A stretch of DNA of 64,000 nucleotides from Dehalococcoidales bacterium (lineage in GTDB: Bacteria > Chloroflexota > Dehalococcoidia > Dehalococcoidales > RBG-16-60-22): positions 206,560 to 270,559 of the forward strand of contig JBEKDZ010000001.1 in NCBI GenBank assembly GCA_050014095.1. Reading direction: 5' to 3'. Below, in pieces: positions 44,539 to 55,163 of this stretch. Position numbers and translations under genes: made by a program. The notes beneath the pieces are model-generated. The model searched no databases, was not told the DNA's origin, and saw only the letters and a list, made by a program, of their open reading frames with translations. The first letter of the stretch is position 1, and every line of letters starts with the position of its first letter.

Positions 44539-45678
44539 TTGGGTCATAAAGTTCACCCGACGGGATTCAGACTTGGCGTCATTAAAGACTGGCAGTCAAA
44601 ATGGTATAGTGAAGCTCATTATGCCGAGTTTATCCAGGAAGATAATAAGCTCCGGGAGTATATCAAAGCGAAGTACCCCGAAGCCGGTATTTCTTTGGTA
44701 GAAATCGACCGCCAGGCTAAAGACGTAACTATCACCTTACACACTGCCCGACCGGGCATCGTTATCGGGAGGGGTGGATCGCGTGTTGATGAAATGAGGC
44801 AGAATTTAGAAGCGCTTATCGGGAAGAAGGTACGCTTAAATATACAGGAAATACGCCAGCCAGAGTTGGATGCTTACCTGGTGGCGAGATCAGTAGCGGA
44901 GCAAATTGAACGCCGCGTGGCTTACCGGCGCGCCATGAAACAGGCTATCTTCCGCACTATTCAGTCCGGTGCTAAAGGCATCAAGATAAGCGCCGCCGGC
45001 AGGTTGGCTAACGCCGAAATTGCCCGCCGCCAGACGCAGCACGAGGGGCAGGTGCCTCTCCATACGTTGCGGGCGGATATCGATTACGGTTTTACCGAGG
45101 CGGTCACTACTATGGGACGCATCGGGGTAAAGGTGTGGATATACAAGGGACAGGTGCTGCCCGAGATGAAGACGGCTGAAGCCGAAGCGAAACCCGGTGA
45201 AGCTGTCGCCGAACCGGCCGCCGCCCTCCAGGCAGAAAAACCGATTGAAGCAGCGATAAAAGCCGCCACCATAGCCGCGGAAGAAAAACCGGCTAAAGCG
45301 GCTAAGGTAGCCCCGGCAGCAGAACCGAAGGAGAAACCAGTCAAAGCGGCAAAAGCAGCCCCAGTGGCAGAGCCGAAAGAAAAACCCTCTAAAGAGGACA
45401 AGCCAGTCAAAGCGGCTAAAGCAGCCCCGGTAGTTGAGCCGGAAGAAAAACCGACTAAACCGAAGGCGAAAAAAGCGGCGGCAACCACCAAGACCAAAAA
45501 GACCACCGCTAAAAAAGCGGCGTCCAAAGCCGCTGCGCCTAAGGCAGCTAAAGAAACACCAGCCGCTTCTAAAAAACCTAAGAAGGCAGCTGAAGAAGCC
45601 AAGGCTCCGGCAAAAGCCGTCAAGAAAACAAAGACTGTCAGCAAGAAGAAGGAAGAAGAAAAGGATGCAACAGCCTAA
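44539..45678 (+). CDS. rpsC: 30S ribosomal protein S3 with a ~170-aa low-complexity C-terminal extension
   Basis: '[12 protein letters not shown]', KH domain '[11 protein letters not shown]', '[10 protein letters not shown]'. After '[13 protein letters not shown]' there is an A/K/P/E-rich tail with 22-aa repeats. Confidence 0.95.
   Translation: MGHKVHPTGFRLGVIKDWQSKWYSEAHYAEFIQEDNKLREYIKAKYPEAGISLVEIDRQAKDVTITLHTARPGIVIGRGGSRVDEMRQNLEALIGKKVRLNIQEIRQPELDAYLVARSVAEQIERRVAYRRAMKQAIFRTIQSGAKGIKISAAGRLANAEIARRQTQHEGQVPLHTLRADIDYGFTEAVTTMGRIGVKVWIYKGQVLPEMKTAEAEAKPGEAVAEPAAALQAEKPIEAAIKAATIAAEEKPAKAAKVAPAAEPKEKPVKAAKAAPVAEPKEKPSKEDKPVKAAKAAPVVEPEEKPTKPKAKKAAATTKTKKTTAKKAASKAAAPKAAKETPAASKKPKKAAEEAKAPAKAVKKTKTVSKKKEEEKDATA
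45270..45470 (+). repeat. Imperfect 66-nt (22-aa) tandem repeats inside the rpsC tail
   Basis: 'CCAGTCAAAGCGGC' recurs at 45337 and 45403. The peptide units are [22 protein letters not shown] and [22 protein letters not shown]. Confidence 0.8.
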
Positions 45679-46105
45679 ACGTGTAAAATATCGTAAGACT
45701 CAAAGGGGCTCCCTCAAAGGTAAAGCCCATTCGGGCAATACGCTAACTTACGGTGATTATGGTCTCCAGGCACTGGAATCGGCCTGGATAACCAGCGCCC
45801 AGATAGAGGCAGCGCGACGTGCTATTACGCGCCATATCCACCGCGGCGGCCAGGTTTGGATACGTATTTTCCCGGATAAACCAGCCACCAAAAAGCCGGC
45901 AGAAACCCGTATGGGCAGCGGCAAGGGCTTGCCCGACCACTGGGTAGCGGTCGTTAAAGCCGGTAGAGTTATGTTTGAAATGACAGGGGTCGGGGAAAGG
46001 GTAGCTAAAGACGCCATCCAGCTAGCGGCGCATAAACTACCTTTGAAAACCCGTTTCATTTTTAAGGAATCGGTTCCTGCGATGAGCAGTGAAACTGCAG
46101 AGTAG
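45665..46105 (+). CDS. rplP: 50S ribosomal protein L16
   Basis: '[15 protein letters not shown]', '[15 protein letters not shown]'. Start trimmed from 45434, because the upstream part is an alternative frame of the S3 tail. Confidence 0.95.
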   Translation: MQQPKRVKYRKTQRGSLKGKAHSGNTLTYGDYGLQALESAWITSAQIEAARRAITRHIHRGGQVWIRIFPDKPATKKPAETRMGSGKGLPDHWVAVVKAGRVMFEMTGVGERVAKDAIQLAAHKLPLKTRFIFKESVPAMSSETAE

Positions 46106-46114
46106 GGAGATAAC

Positions 46115-46315
46115 GTGGCGACACTTGACGAATATAGAAATTTAGGTATTCCAGAATTGAGCAAGCAACTGGAAGATACGCACCAGGAGCTTTTCAACCT
46201 GCGTTTCCGTCTCTCCACCAAGCAACTGGTGAACCACCGCGAGGTACGCAGGGTGAAGCGGAAGATCGCTACACTAAAGACACTCATCAGAGAAAAAGAG
46301 CTGGGAATCAGATAG
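46115..46315 (+). CDS. rpmC: 50S ribosomal protein L29
   Basis: '[24 protein letters not shown]'. Confidence 0.95.
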   Translation: MATLDEYRNLGIPELSKQLEDTHQELFNLRFRLSTKQLVNHREVRRVKRKIATLKTLIREKELGIR

Positions 46316-46326
46316 GATAAGTAAGT

Positions 46327-46611
46327 ATGGAAACGAAGCGTAAAGTAAGGTTCGGCAGGGTTGTAGGCGATAAAATGGATAAAACGGTGATTGTCGCCGT
46401 AGATACGCCCCGGCGTCATCCATTATATAAGAAGACTATCCGGAGAGTGGTGAAATACTACGCTCACGATGAAGAAAATAAAAGCAAGCTGGGTGACACT
46501 GTAAAAATCGAGGAGACCCGCCCTACCTCTAAACTCAAGAGGTGGCGCGTGGTGGAGATAGTAACTAAAGGCGAGGTTGCCGAGATTAAACCGGAAGAAA
46601 TAACGAACTAA
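46327..46611 (+). CDS. rpsQ: 30S ribosomal protein S17
   Basis: '[16 protein letters not shown]', 'HPLYKK', 'YYAHDE', 'RPTSKLKRW'. Confidence 0.96.
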   Translation: METKRKVRFGRVVGDKMDKTVIVAVDTPRRHPLYKKTIRRVVKYYAHDEENKSKLGDTVKIEETRPTSKLKRWRVVEIVTKGEVAEIKPEEITN

Positions 46612-46629
46612 ATTTTTGGGGATTTAGAT

Positions 46630-46998
46630 ATGATTCAGATGAATAGCAGATTAAAAGTGGCGGATAACTCCGGAGCGCGGGAGGTCATGTGTATCAACGT
46701 CCTCGGCGGCACCCGGCGGCGCTACGCCTATCTCGGTGATACGATTGTCGCCTCGGTAAAAAAAGCGATACCTAATGCGGCTACCAAAAAAGGTGATGTC
46801 GTCCGGGCGGTCATTGTGCGTACAGCGCATCCATACCGGCGGTCAGACGGCTCATACATTAGATTCGATGAAAATGCCGCGGTTATTCTTAGCGATAGAA
46901 ATAATCCTAAAGGGACGCGCATTTTCGGGCCGGTGGCACGGGAGCTAAGAGATAAGCAATATACCAAAATCGTGTCTCTGGCGCCAGAGGTTTTATAA
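46630..46998 (+). CDS. rplN: 50S ribosomal protein L14
   Basis: '[22 protein letters not shown]', 'IRFDENAAV', '[12 protein letters not shown]'. Confidence 0.98.
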   Translation: MIQMNSRLKVADNSGAREVMCINVLGGTRRRYAYLGDTIVASVKKAIPNAATKKGDVVRAVIVRTAHPYRRSDGSYIRFDENAAVILSDRNNPKGTRIFGPVARELRDKQYTKIVSLAPEVL

Positions 46999-47009
46999 AG
47001 GCAGATATT

Positions 47010-47321
47010 ATGAAAATTAGGAAAGACGATACAGTGCTGGTTATCGCGGGGAAAGATAGGGGGAAAAAGGGAAAAGTGCGCTTTGCCTATCCCGCGACAC
47101 AGCTACTGATTGTTGAAGGTATAAATTTCGTAAAAAAGCACTCTAAAGCCAGAGGTGCTGCTAGGCAGGCTGGTATTATCGATATTGAAGAGCCGATGCA
47201 TGTCTCTAAAGTAATGTATTTTTGCAGTAAGTGCAATAAACCAGCCCGCCTCGGTACGAAGATGCTGGAAGACGGCCGGAGTGTCAGATATTGCCGCAAC
47301 TGCGGCGAGGTGACGGATTAA
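47010..47321 (+). CDS. rplX: 50S ribosomal protein L24 (with a CxxC...CxxC motif)
   Basis: KOW 'IRKDDTVLVIAGKDRGKKGKV', 'VEGINFVKKH'. Cys72/75/95/98. Confidence 0.95.
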   Translation: MKIRKDDTVLVIAGKDRGKKGKVRFAYPATQLLIVEGINFVKKHSKARGAARQAGIIDIEEPMHVSKVMYFCSKCNKPARLGTKMLEDGRSVRYCRNCGEVTD

Positions 47322-47873
47322 ATGGCGAGATTGAAGGAAAAATATCGTAAGGAAGTGGTACCGCGCCTGATGGAGATCTGCGGTTATAAGAACATCATGC
47401 AGGTGCCACGACTGGAGAAAATAGTCGTGAACATCGGCATGGGTGAGGCAATCTCCAATGCCAAGGCGCTGGAAGCTGCAGAAGCGGATCTAATGGCTAT
47501 TACCGGTCAGCATGTGCTGACCACCCGCTCGAAGAAAGCCATCGCCAATTTCAAATTGAGGATAGGGATGCCCATCGGCTTAAAGGCAACGCTGCGGGGG
47601 GAACGGATGTGGGACTTCTTCGATAAGCTGGTCAACGCGGTGCTGCCCCGTATGCACGAGTTCCAGGGAGTCGCCCCGGACTCTTTTGACGGCCGCGGCA
47701 ACTACACCCTCGGGCTTAAAGAGCAAATACTGTTCCCGGAAATAGAATATGATAAGGTTGATAAGATACGCGGTATGGAAATATCGATTATCACAACGGC
47801 TAAGAGCGACGAGGACGGCAGAAACCTGCTCGGTCTGCTCGGTATGCCTTTTGCTAAGGACGGAGAGAAATAG
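47322..47873 (+). CDS. rplE: 50S ribosomal protein L5
   Basis: '[12 protein letters not shown]', '[15 protein letters not shown]', '[18 protein letters not shown]'. Confidence 0.98.
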   Translation: MARLKEKYRKEVVPRLMEICGYKNIMQVPRLEKIVVNIGMGEAISNAKALEAAEADLMAITGQHVLTTRSKKAIANFKLRIGMPIGLKATLRGERMWDFFDKLVNAVLPRMHEFQGVAPDSFDGRGNYTLGLKEQILFPEIEYDKVDKIRGMEISIITTAKSDEDGRNLLGLLGMPFAKDGEK

Positions 47874-47875
47874 CT

Positions 47876-48061
47876 ATGGCGAAAAAATCAATGGTATTAA
47901 AATCGCAGCGAACGCCCAAATACCCGGGGCGTAAGCATAACCGCTGTAAAATATGCGGTCGGCCGCGCGCCTATATTCGAAAGTTCGGTATCTGCCGGAT
48001 ATGTTTTAGGCATCTGGCACTCGAGGCGCAGCTCCCCGGCGTGAGAAAATCCAGTTGGTAA
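47876..48061 (+). CDS. rpsN: 30S ribosomal protein S14, short zinc-binding (type Z) form
   Basis: 61 aa, '[22 protein letters not shown]'. Confidence 0.96.
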   Translation: MAKKSMVLKSQRTPKYPGRKHNRCKICGRPRAYIRKFGICRICFRHLALEAQLPGVRKSSW

Positions 48062-48073
48062 GCTAACGAAGTA

Positions 48074-48484
48074 TTGGTAGGTGATGTGATAGTGATAGAC
48101 CCAATTGCTGATATGTTAACCCGAATACGCAATGCCATTATGGTCAGGCATGATAGCGTACAGGTGCCTGCCTCCAAGATAAAGGTGGCTATTGCCAAAA
48201 TCCTCAAGGACGAAGGCTTCATTGCCGACTATGAAATCGTTAAGGGCAAACCTCACCGCATGATAAAAGTGCAGCTAAGGTATTTAGAAGATAATAAACC
48301 GGCTATCTCCGGATTGAAACGGATAAGCAAGCCGGGCCTGCGTATGTACGTGCATAAAAGGGAAATACCGCGCGTTTACGGCGGACTGGGCATTGCCATT
48401 ATTTCCACCTCGCAGGGTCTCAAGACAGGACAGCAAGCCTGGCACCAGAAATCCGGCGGAGAGCTATTGTGTTACGTATGGTAA
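48074..48484 (+). CDS. rpsH: 30S ribosomal protein S8
   Basis: '[13 protein letters not shown]'. The start is uncertain: TTG at 48074, or GTG at 48086 or 48092. The SD-like GGTAGGTGA at 48076-48084 favours 48092. Confidence 0.93.
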   Translation: MVGDVIVIDPIADMLTRIRNAIMVRHDSVQVPASKIKVAIAKILKDEGFIADYEIVKGKPHRMIKVQLRYLEDNKPAISGLKRISKPGLRMYVHKREIPRVYGGLGIAIISTSQGLKTGQQAWHQKSGGELLCYVW

Positions 48485-48505
48485 ACCATCTCTGGAGTGA
48501 TATTT

Positions 48506-49057
48506 ATGTCTAGAATAGGAAAACTGCCGATACCGGTCCCTGCGGGGGTGACGGTGAATATCGCCGGTAACAGTGTTACCATTAAGGGTCCCAAGGGGGA
48601 GCTGAAGCGTTCGCTCCCGGCAGAAATGGGCATCGCCCTGGAAGGTAGCAATCTGGTGGTGACCCGCCCCAGCGATAATAATAAGCACCGGGCTTATCAT
48701 GGTTTGTCCCGCACCCTGCTGGCGAACATGGTAGAAGGCGTCTCCAAGGGCTTCGAAAAGTCGCTCGATATCGTGGGGGTGGGCTACCGGGCGGAAAAAA
48801 CCGGCGATAAGCTTACGCTGCGCCTCGGTTTTTCGCACCAGGTGGAAGTAAAACCGATGCCGGGTCTGACGCTGGCTGTCGAAGGGACAAATAAGATAAA
48901 AGTTAGCGGCATAAACAAGGAAGACGTCGGCGAGATGGCGGCGGAAATCCGCGCCCTTAGGCCGCCGGACCATTATAAAGGTAAAGGCATAAGGTACACA
49001 GGCGAAAGGGTACGTATTAAACCGGGCAAAACCGGTAAGGTAGTTGGCAGGCAATAA
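48506..49057 (+). CDS. rplF: 50S ribosomal protein L6
   Basis: '[15 protein letters not shown]'. GGAG 8 nt upstream of the ATG at 48506. Confidence 0.96.
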   Translation: MSRIGKLPIPVPAGVTVNIAGNSVTIKGPKGELKRSLPAEMGIALEGSNLVVTRPSDNNKHRAYHGLSRTLLANMVEGVSKGFEKSLDIVGVGYRAEKTGDKLTLRLGFSHQVEVKPMPGLTLAVEGTNKIKVSGINKEDVGEMAAEIRALRPPDHYKGKGIRYTGERVRIKPGKTGKVVGRQ

Positions 49058-49059
49058 AA

Positions 49060-49422
49060 ATGACGAAATCATATACCAGAGAAGCACGTTTAAGAAGGCA
49101 CCACCGGGTCAGGCAAAAGATAAGCGGCACCAAGGAGCAGCCACGACTCTGCGTTTTCCGCAGTCTGAACCATATCTACGCCCAGGTGACGGATGATTCA
49201 CAGGGGCGGACGCTGGTCGCCGCTTCCACGCTCGATGCGGAGATAAAAGATATTAAAAAGAAAAACAAAACCGCCCGGGCGGAACTGGTCGGTACGCTGC
49301 TGGCGAAACGCGCCGTTGAAAAGAAAATAAGCCAGGTGGCTTTCGACCGAGGTGGATTTAGATACCATGGGCGGGTAAAAGCCCTGGCAGAAGCAGCCCG
49401 TAAGGGCGGACTTAAGTTCTAA
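49060..49422 (+). CDS. rplR: 50S ribosomal protein L18
   Basis: '[28 protein letters not shown]', '[20 protein letters not shown]'. Confidence 0.97.
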   Translation: MTKSYTREARLRRHHRVRQKISGTKEQPRLCVFRSLNHIYAQVTDDSQGRTLVAASTLDAEIKDIKKKNKTARAELVGTLLAKRAVEKKISQVAFDRGGFRYHGRVKALAEAARKGGLKF

Positions 49423-49442
49423 GAGAGGATATAGCAGGTCTG

Positions 49443-49967
49443 ATGAAGCAACCATTAAGCAGGATTGATTCAACCGATTTGAATCTTAATGACAAACTTA
49501 TTAACGTAAACCGCGTTGCCAAGGTAATGAAGGGCGGCAAGCGACTGCGTTTCAGCGCGCTGGTGGTTACCGGCGACGGCACAGGTCATGTCGGCCTCGG
49601 TATCGGCAAGGCTAACGAGGTGCCTTCTGCGATAAGCAAGGGCGGCGCTCAAGCAAGGAAGAATTTGATTAAGGTACCTTTGGCTGGCAGCACCATCCCT
49701 CATGCGATTACCGTTCATTATGGGGCAGCGACGGTCATGTTAAAACCGGCCGTGCCGGGTACCGGCGTCATTGCCGGAGGCAGCGTCCGGGCAGTGCTCG
49801 AGGCTTGCGGCGTTAAAGATATTTTATCGAAATCCCTCGGCAGTTCTAATCATATTAATATGGCCAGGGCGACCATGCTTGCCCTTACACAATTAAGAAA
49901 TCCGAAGGAAGAGCTGGCGAAGCGCCGGACGATAGTTGCCACACCAGAGGCGGCCGCCCATGAGTAA
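49443..49967 (+). CDS. rpsE: 30S ribosomal protein S5
   Basis: '[35 protein letters not shown]'. Confidence 0.97.
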   Translation: MKQPLSRIDSTDLNLNDKLINVNRVAKVMKGGKRLRFSALVVTGDGTGHVGLGIGKANEVPSAISKGGAQARKNLIKVPLAGSTIPHAITVHYGAATVMLKPAVPGTGVIAGGSVRAVLEACGVKDILSKSLGSSNHINMARATMLALTQLRNPKEELAKRRTIVATPEAAAHE

Positions 49968-50154
49968 ATTACGCGTGACCTGGATTAAAAGTGGCATCGG
50001 CTATGAAAAAAGGCAGCGAAGGACGCTGGAAACGTTAGGTTTTCACCGTCTGAACCAGAGCGTTGTTCTTGAAGATTCAAACTCGGTGCGTGGTATGATT
50101 AATAAAGTAAGGCACCTGGTTAAAGTGGAGGAAGAGCTTGGTAACGCAAAATAG
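49960..50154 (+). CDS. rpmD: 50S ribosomal protein L30
   Basis: '[25 protein letters not shown]'. Start trimmed to the ATG at 49960, overlapping the rpsE stop. Confidence 0.93.
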   Translation: MSKLRVTWIKSGIGYEKRQRRTLETLGFHRLNQSVVLEDSNSVRGMINKVRHLVKVEEELGNAK

Positions 50155-50608
50155 TATCTCTCCGGCAGCCGGCTCGCGGCACGCCAGCAAACGCGTCGGC
50201 CGCGGCACGGGCAGCGGTCACGGCACCTTTTCCGGTCGCGGCTGCAAGGGCCAGAAGGCTCGGGCGGGCAATAACAAGGTACGTCCCGGCTTCGAGGGCG
50301 GGCAGCTGCCTTTAATTAAGCGTCTACCCAGAAAGCGTGGCTTTACGAATATCTTTCGGACGGAATACAGCACCGTTAGTATCGGCGAGCTGAATAAATT
50401 CAAGTCCGGCAGCAAAGTTGCGCCGGGAGATTTGCTGGCAGCCGGGCTTATCAAATCACTGGTAAAACCCATTAAAATCCTGGCGGATGGGGAGATCGAC
50501 CATCCTATTACCATTAAAGCGAATAAATTTTCAGCTTCTGCCAAGGCTAAAATAGAAGCAGCCGGCGGCAAGGTTGAGGAGGTTAAGGATGCGGCAAAAG
50601 TCGAGTAG
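50138..50608 (+). CDS. rplO: 50S ribosomal protein L15
   Basis: '[26 protein letters not shown]', '[13 protein letters not shown]'. Confidence 0.96.
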   Translation: MVTQNSISPAAGSRHASKRVGRGTGSGHGTFSGRGCKGQKARAGNNKVRPGFEGGQLPLIKRLPRKRGFTNIFRTEYSTVSIGELNKFKSGSKVAPGDLLAAGLIKSLVKPIKILADGEIDHPITIKANKFSASAKAKIEAAGGKVEEVKDAAKVE

Positions 50609-51896
50609 ACCCAAATTGCTCACGGCAATGCTGGATGCCTTTAGCTTGCCCGACCTCCGGCGAAGGATACTGATTACCATTGGTATTCTGGTAGCCTTCC
50701 GTTTTGTATGTCATGTGCCTCTGCCAGGTTTGGATGCCGATAAGCTGAACACGCTTTTCCAGAGTAATGCCCTGTTGGGCATGCTGGACCTTTTTAGCGG
50801 CGGCGCGATGAAGCAGTTCAGCGTTGCTTCGATGGGCGTTTATCCTTATATTACCGCTTCCATCATTATCATTCTTCTGGTGCCCGTTATACCCAAGCTT
50901 CAGTCTCTATCGCAGGAAGGTGAAGCCGGCAAAAACAAAATTAATTTGATTACGCACTGGCTGACCGTCCCGCTGGCGGGGCTTTCGGGTTACGGTCAAC
51001 TGATTATCTTGCAGCGTAGCGGCGCTGTCAGCGCTACATCGACGATGCTTACTGTCACCATCGTTTTATCATTAATCGCCGGCACGATGTTCCTGGTCTG
51101 GCTGGGCGAGCTTATTACCGAATACGGCATCGGCAACGGCATATCGATTATTATCTTCGGCGGTATCGTCGCCGGCTATCCATCCCTAATTCGGGAAGGC
51201 TTCCTGGCTAAGAGTAACGCCATGGGGTTAGCAGTATATATCATCATCGTGCTTATCACGGTTGTCTTAATCGTAATTTTCACCGAGGCGCACCGGCGTG
51301 TGCCAGTCCAGTACGCCCGCAGCGTTTTCCGCGGGGGCAAGATGTACCGGCAATCGGGGACGACGCATATACCGCTGCGTGTTAACTCCTCCGGTATGAT
51401 ACCGTTAATCTTCTCGATGTCCATCATGCTCTTCCCGGGCATCGTCGCTAGTTATTTCGATACAGGAGAAGGTAGTATCGCTCATACGATTGTTATCTGG
51501 TTCAGCTCCAACACTGACCTGCCGATAGGCGCCTTTTACTGGATAATGTACTTTATTTTGTCGGTAGCCTTTACTTTCTTTTATACTATCATTACTTATC
51601 AGCAGCAAGACCTGCCCGGCACCCTGCAAAAGCAGGGCGGCTTTATCCCTGGTATACGGCCGGGTAAAAATACCGCCACCTATTTAAGCAGTGTGATTAA
51701 CCGGATTACCTGGGCGGGAGCACTCTTTTTAGCCTTCGTGGCAGTAATGCCATTCCTGGCGCGCACGGTCACCAATGTTACGCAAATCCAGCTATCGAGC
51801 TTGGGTATGCTAATCGTGGTCGGCGTGGTACTGGATACCATGAAGCAGCTGGAAGCTCAACTGGTCATGCGGCGGTATGAGGGCTTTATTAAATAG
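50589..51896 (+). CDS. secY: Preprotein translocase subunit SecY
   Basis: Ten-TM profile, 'GVYPYITASII', 'GNGISIIIFGGI', position after rplO. ATG at 50589 follows GAGGAGG. The track start of 50574 is also possible. Confidence 0.95.
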   Translation: MRQKSSRPKLLTAMLDAFSLPDLRRRILITIGILVAFRFVCHVPLPGLDADKLNTLFQSNALLGMLDLFSGGAMKQFSVASMGVYPYITASIIIILLVPVIPKLQSLSQEGEAGKNKINLITHWLTVPLAGLSGYGQLIILQRSGAVSATSTMLTVTIVLSLIAGTMFLVWLGELITEYGIGNGISIIIFGGIVAGYPSLIREGFLAKSNAMGLAVYIIIVLITVVLIVIFTEAHRRVPVQYARSVFRGGKMYRQSGTTHIPLRVNSSGMIPLIFSMSIMLFPGIVASYFDTGEGSIAHTIVIWFSSNTDLPIGAFYWIMYFILSVAFTFFYTIITYQQQDLPGTLQKQGGFIPGIRPGKNTATYLSSVINRITWAGALFLAFVAVMPFLARTVTNVTQIQLSSLGMLIVVGVVLDTMKQLEAQLVMRRYEGFIK

Positions 51897-51904
51897 GAGC
51901 AAGG

Positions 51905-52546
51905 GTGTATATTATTCTCCTGGGAGCTCCCGGGGCGGGTAAAGGCACACAGGCTGTGATGCTGGCGGAGAAAAAGGGGCTGGTACAGGTAGCTTCCGGC
52001 GACCTTTTCCGCAAGGCGCTCCAGCAGGAGACGGAGCTTGGCAAAAAAGCCAAGGTCTATATGGATAAGGGACAGCTGGTCCCGGATGAAATAACAATAC
52101 AAATGGTACTGGAGAGGCTAGCTCAACCAGATTGTAAAAATGGAGCAATACTGGATGGCTTCCCCAGGAACCTGGAGCAGGCAAAAGCGCTAGGTAAAGC
52201 TCTGGCAAAGCAATCCAGGGCTATTGATAAAGTAGTTAATATTAAAGTAACGGAGGAAGAGGTTTTAAAAAGGCTAAGCGGACGCTGGATTTGCCGCAAT
52301 TGCCAGACGCCCTACCATGAGGTGGATAATCCGCCAAAGGTGAAAGGTATTTGCGACCGCTGCGGCGGGGAATTATATCAGCGGGACGATGATAAACCGG
52401 AAACGATAAAAAAGCGGCTAAAGGTATATGAAACCGAGACAGCGCCGCTGATAGAATATTATAAACGGGCAGGAAAGCTGGTGGAGATAATCAGCGAAGG
52501 CGGACCAGAAGCGGTACACCGGAAAATTCTCGCCGCTTTGAGCTAA
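51905..52546 (+). CDS. adk: Adenylate kinase (Zn-lid form)
   Basis: 'ILLGAPGAGKGTQA'. Lid 'CRNCQTPYH...CDRCGGEL'. Confidence 0.97.
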   Translation: MYIILLGAPGAGKGTQAVMLAEKKGLVQVASGDLFRKALQQETELGKKAKVYMDKGQLVPDEITIQMVLERLAQPDCKNGAILDGFPRNLEQAKALGKALAKQSRAIDKVVNIKVTEEEVLKRLSGRWICRNCQTPYHEVDNPPKVKGICDRCGGELYQRDDDKPETIKKRLKVYETETAPLIEYYKRAGKLVEIISEGGPEAVHRKILAALS

Positions 52547-52550
52547 ACTA

Positions 52551-53327
52551 ATGGGTATCGAAATAAAGTCGGCAGAGGAGATAGCTTTAATGCGACAGTC
52601 CGGCAGGATTGTCGCGGCAATACTTAGGATTTTAACCGAGCAAATTAAACCTGGCATGAAAACGAAGGATATGGATATAATAGCCGAGAGGGAACTGAAG
52701 AAGCGTGGCGCCGAGTCCTCTTTTAAAGGATATCGCGGTTACCCGGCCACGGTCTGCGTCTCCGTAAACGACGAGATTGTGCACGGGATTCCCGGCGATA
52801 AAGTTTTGAAAGAGGGCGATATCGTTTCGCTCGATTTTGGCGCTAAATTCCAGGGTTTCCACGGCGATGCTGCCGTCACTGTGCCCGTCGGTAAAGTCAG
52901 CCCGACGGCAAAGCGGCTCATCGATACCACGAGAGGGGCGCTGGAAAAAGGCATCGCCGCCGCTCGCGCCGGTGCCAGATTGGGAGATGTTTCAGCCGCT
53001 ATCCAGAAACATGCCGAATCAATGGGCTACTCACTGGTGCGTGAATATACAGGACATGGAATAGGCAGGAAAATGCACGAGGACCCGCAGATACCTAATA
53101 ACACCGAGCCACCCTACGGAATACCAGCGGGAACCGGCGTGGTGCTGAAAAAAGGAATGACGCTGGCGCTGGAACCAATGCTCAATGTCGGCGACTGGCA
53201 TACCCGCGTAGCGGATGACCAATGGACAGTGCTGACGGCTGACGGCAGCCTTTCAGCGCATTTTGAGCATACGATTGCGATTGATGATAACCAAGCGGAG
53301 GTGCTGACCAGGGGCACATATGACTAA
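52551..53327 (+). CDS. map: Type I methionine aminopeptidase
   Basis: '[14 protein letters not shown]', 'DIVSLDFGA', 'YTGHGIG', 'LEPM', 'FEHT'. Confidence 0.97.
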   Translation: MGIEIKSAEEIALMRQSGRIVAAILRILTEQIKPGMKTKDMDIIAERELKKRGAESSFKGYRGYPATVCVSVNDEIVHGIPGDKVLKEGDIVSLDFGAKFQGFHGDAAVTVPVGKVSPTAKRLIDTTRGALEKGIAAARAGARLGDVSAAIQKHAESMGYSLVREYTGHGIGRKMHEDPQIPNNTEPPYGIPAGTGVVLKKGMTLALEPMLNVGDWHTRVADDQWTVLTADGSLSAHFEHTIAIDDNQAEVLTRGTYD

Positions 53328-53538
53328 GAAAGAGGCTATCGAGGTCGAGGGCACGGTTGTCGAGGCTTTACCCAACGCCATGTTCCGCGTGGAGTTGCCT
53401 AACAAGCACGAGGTATTGGCGCATATCTCGGGTAAAATAAGAATGCACTATATCAGGGTGCTGCCCGGCGATAAGGTGCTAATCGAGCTCTCGCCTTACG
53501 ACCTCAAGCGCGGTAGAATCACCTACCGACTAAAATAA
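53320..53538 (+). CDS. infA: Translation initiation factor IF-1
   Basis: '[55 protein letters not shown]'. Confidence 0.98.
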   Translation: MTKKEAIEVEGTVVEALPNAMFRVELPNKHEVLAHISGKIRMHYIRVLPGDKVLIELSPYDLKRGRITYRLK

Positions 53539-53554
53539 GTTAAAGGTTTGGAAT

Positions 53555-53668
53555 ATGAAAGTTAAAGCTTCCGTAAAAGTAAGATGTGAAAAATGCCGGG
53601 TCGTAAAACGGCGTGGGGTTATTAGAATTATCTGCGAAAATCCCAAGCATAAGCAGAGGCAGGGTTAA
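53555..53668 (+). CDS. rpmJ: 50S ribosomal protein L36
   Basis: Not in the ORF track (37 aa). Read by hand as [37 protein letters not shown]. Canonical position between infA and rpsM. Confidence 0.93.
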   Translation: MKVKASVKVRCEKCRVVKRRGVIRIICENPKHKQRQG

Positions 53669-53679
53669 GGAGGGAATAA

Positions 53680-54069
53680 ATGCCACGTGTCGCTGGAGTA
53701 GATATACCGGTCAACAAGCAAGCATGGGTCTCATTGGGATACATTTACGGTATCGGCCCCCATAATGCCTATACAATATTAGAGCAGGCTGGCATAGTCC
53801 CGGATACCAAGGTTAAAGACCTTACCGAGGCTGAAGTTAATAAGCTAAGAGAAATCATCGATAAACAGTTCCGGGTTGAGGGCGAGCTAAGAAAAGAGAT
53901 AAACTTCAACATTAAACGCCTGATAGAAATCGGCAGCTACCGCGGCTTGAGACATCGTCACGGTCTACCGGCCAGAGGGCAGCGGACACGCACTAATGCC
54001 CGCACCAAACGCGGTCAGCGCAAGACGGTTGCCGGCCGAGGACAGAAGCGCGGCGCGACGAAGAAATAG
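53680..54069 (+). CDS. rpsM: 30S ribosomal protein S13
   Basis: '[10 protein letters not shown]', 'IYGIG', '[24 protein letters not shown]'. Confidence 0.98.
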   Translation: MPRVAGVDIPVNKQAWVSLGYIYGIGPHNAYTILEQAGIVPDTKVKDLTEAEVNKLREIIDKQFRVEGELRKEINFNIKRLIEIGSYRGLRHRHGLPARGQRTRTNARTKRGQRKTVAGRGQKRGATKK

Positions 54070-54099
54070 TCCTGATTATTCCAGAACAAGGAGGACAGG

Positions 54100-54492
54100 G
54101 TGCCACAGAAGAGGAAAACCAAAGCCAGAAGGCGGGAACGCAAGGCAGTTCCTACCGGTAGGGCTTACGTACAATCAAGTTTTAATAACACTATCGTTAC
54201 ACTTACCGACCCGCAGGGGAATGCGCTGGCCTGGGGCAGCTCCGGCACGGCGGGATTCAAAGGCTCGCGTAAAGGCACGCCTTATGCCGCCCAGATGGCG
54301 GCGCGCGACGCCGCCCGCAAGGCAATGGTGCATGGTTTACGCCAGGTGGAGGTATTCGTTAAAGGACCGGGCAGCGGCCGTGAGGCAGCGATACGCTCCC
54401 TGCAGGGGTCAGGACTTTATATTACCGGCATTAAAGACGTTACTCCCATCCCACATGCCGGCTGCCGCCCTCCCAAACGGAGAAGGGTATAA
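54100..54492 (+). CDS. rpsK: 30S ribosomal protein S11
   Basis: '[20 protein letters not shown]', '[14 protein letters not shown]', '[16 protein letters not shown]'. Confidence 0.98.
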   Translation: MPQKRKTKARRRERKAVPTGRAYVQSSFNNTIVTLTDPQGNALAWGSSGTAGFKGSRKGTPYAAQMAARDAARKAMVHGLRQVEVFVKGPGSGREAAIRSLQGSGLYITGIKDVTPIPHAGCRPPKRRRV

Positions 54493-54504
54493 AAGGGGAA
54501 AATT

Positions 54505-55140
54505 ATGGCAAGATATACAGAAGCAGTCTGCCGTTTATGTCGGCGGAATAATGAAAAGCTTTTCTTGAAGGGCGCGCGGTGCTTTACGCCCAAGTGCGCC
54601 ATCGATAAGCGACCGAAACCACCGGGACAGGCAGCGGGACGGGGCGGTCGACGGCGGAGATTCTCCGACCGCGGCTTGCAGCTACGCGAAAAGCAGAAAG
54701 CGCGCTTTACCTACGGCATTTTGGAACGCCAGTTCCGGAAGGCTTTTGCATTGGCCGAGAAACAGGCCGGCATCACCGGTGAAAATCTCCTCGTGCTGCT
54801 GGAGCGGCGGCTGGATAATGTGGTTTATCGCCTGGGCTTTGCCGATTCTCGCTCGCAGGCGCGGCAGCTCGTGCAGCACGGCCATATCCTGCTGAACGGC
54901 AAGAAGGTTAACATCCCGTCCTCTCTCGTTAAAGAAGGCGATACCATCGGCTGGCGCGAAGGCAGCAAGAAAACCGAGTATTATAAAATTTTGGCGGAAT
55001 CGATTGAAGCCAAGGATGTTTTAAACTGGTTGAGTCTGGATAAACAAAACATGGTCGGTCAGGTGATAACCTTACCCACTCCCGACCAGGTTGATGCCAA
55101 GTTCGATGGTAAGGCAGTTATTGAGTATTACTCGCGGTAG
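54505..55140 (+). CDS. rpsD: 30S ribosomal protein S4 (Cys-containing form)
   Basis: '[14 protein letters not shown]...LFLKG.RCFT.KC', '[29 protein letters not shown]'. Confidence 0.97.
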   Translation: MARYTEAVCRLCRRNNEKLFLKGARCFTPKCAIDKRPKPPGQAAGRGGRRRRFSDRGLQLREKQKARFTYGILERQFRKAFALAEKQAGITGENLLVLLERRLDNVVYRLGFADSRSQARQLVQHGHILLNGKKVNIPSSLVKEGDTIGWREGSKKTEYYKILAESIEAKDVLNWLSLDKQNMVGQVITLPTPDQVDAKFDGKAVIEYYSR

Positions 55141-55163
55141 GGTAACAAAAAGGAGGTAGTTCA

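Noticed and set aside
45084-45664. ORFs 45084-45644 (-) and 45434-45664 (+, the 5' part of the 223-aa track ORF) over the S3 tail
   Set aside because: They are alternative or antisense frames of the Ala/Lys/Pro-coding repeat, which stays open in several frames. The conserved L16 N-terminus ([11 protein letters not shown]) begins only at 45665.
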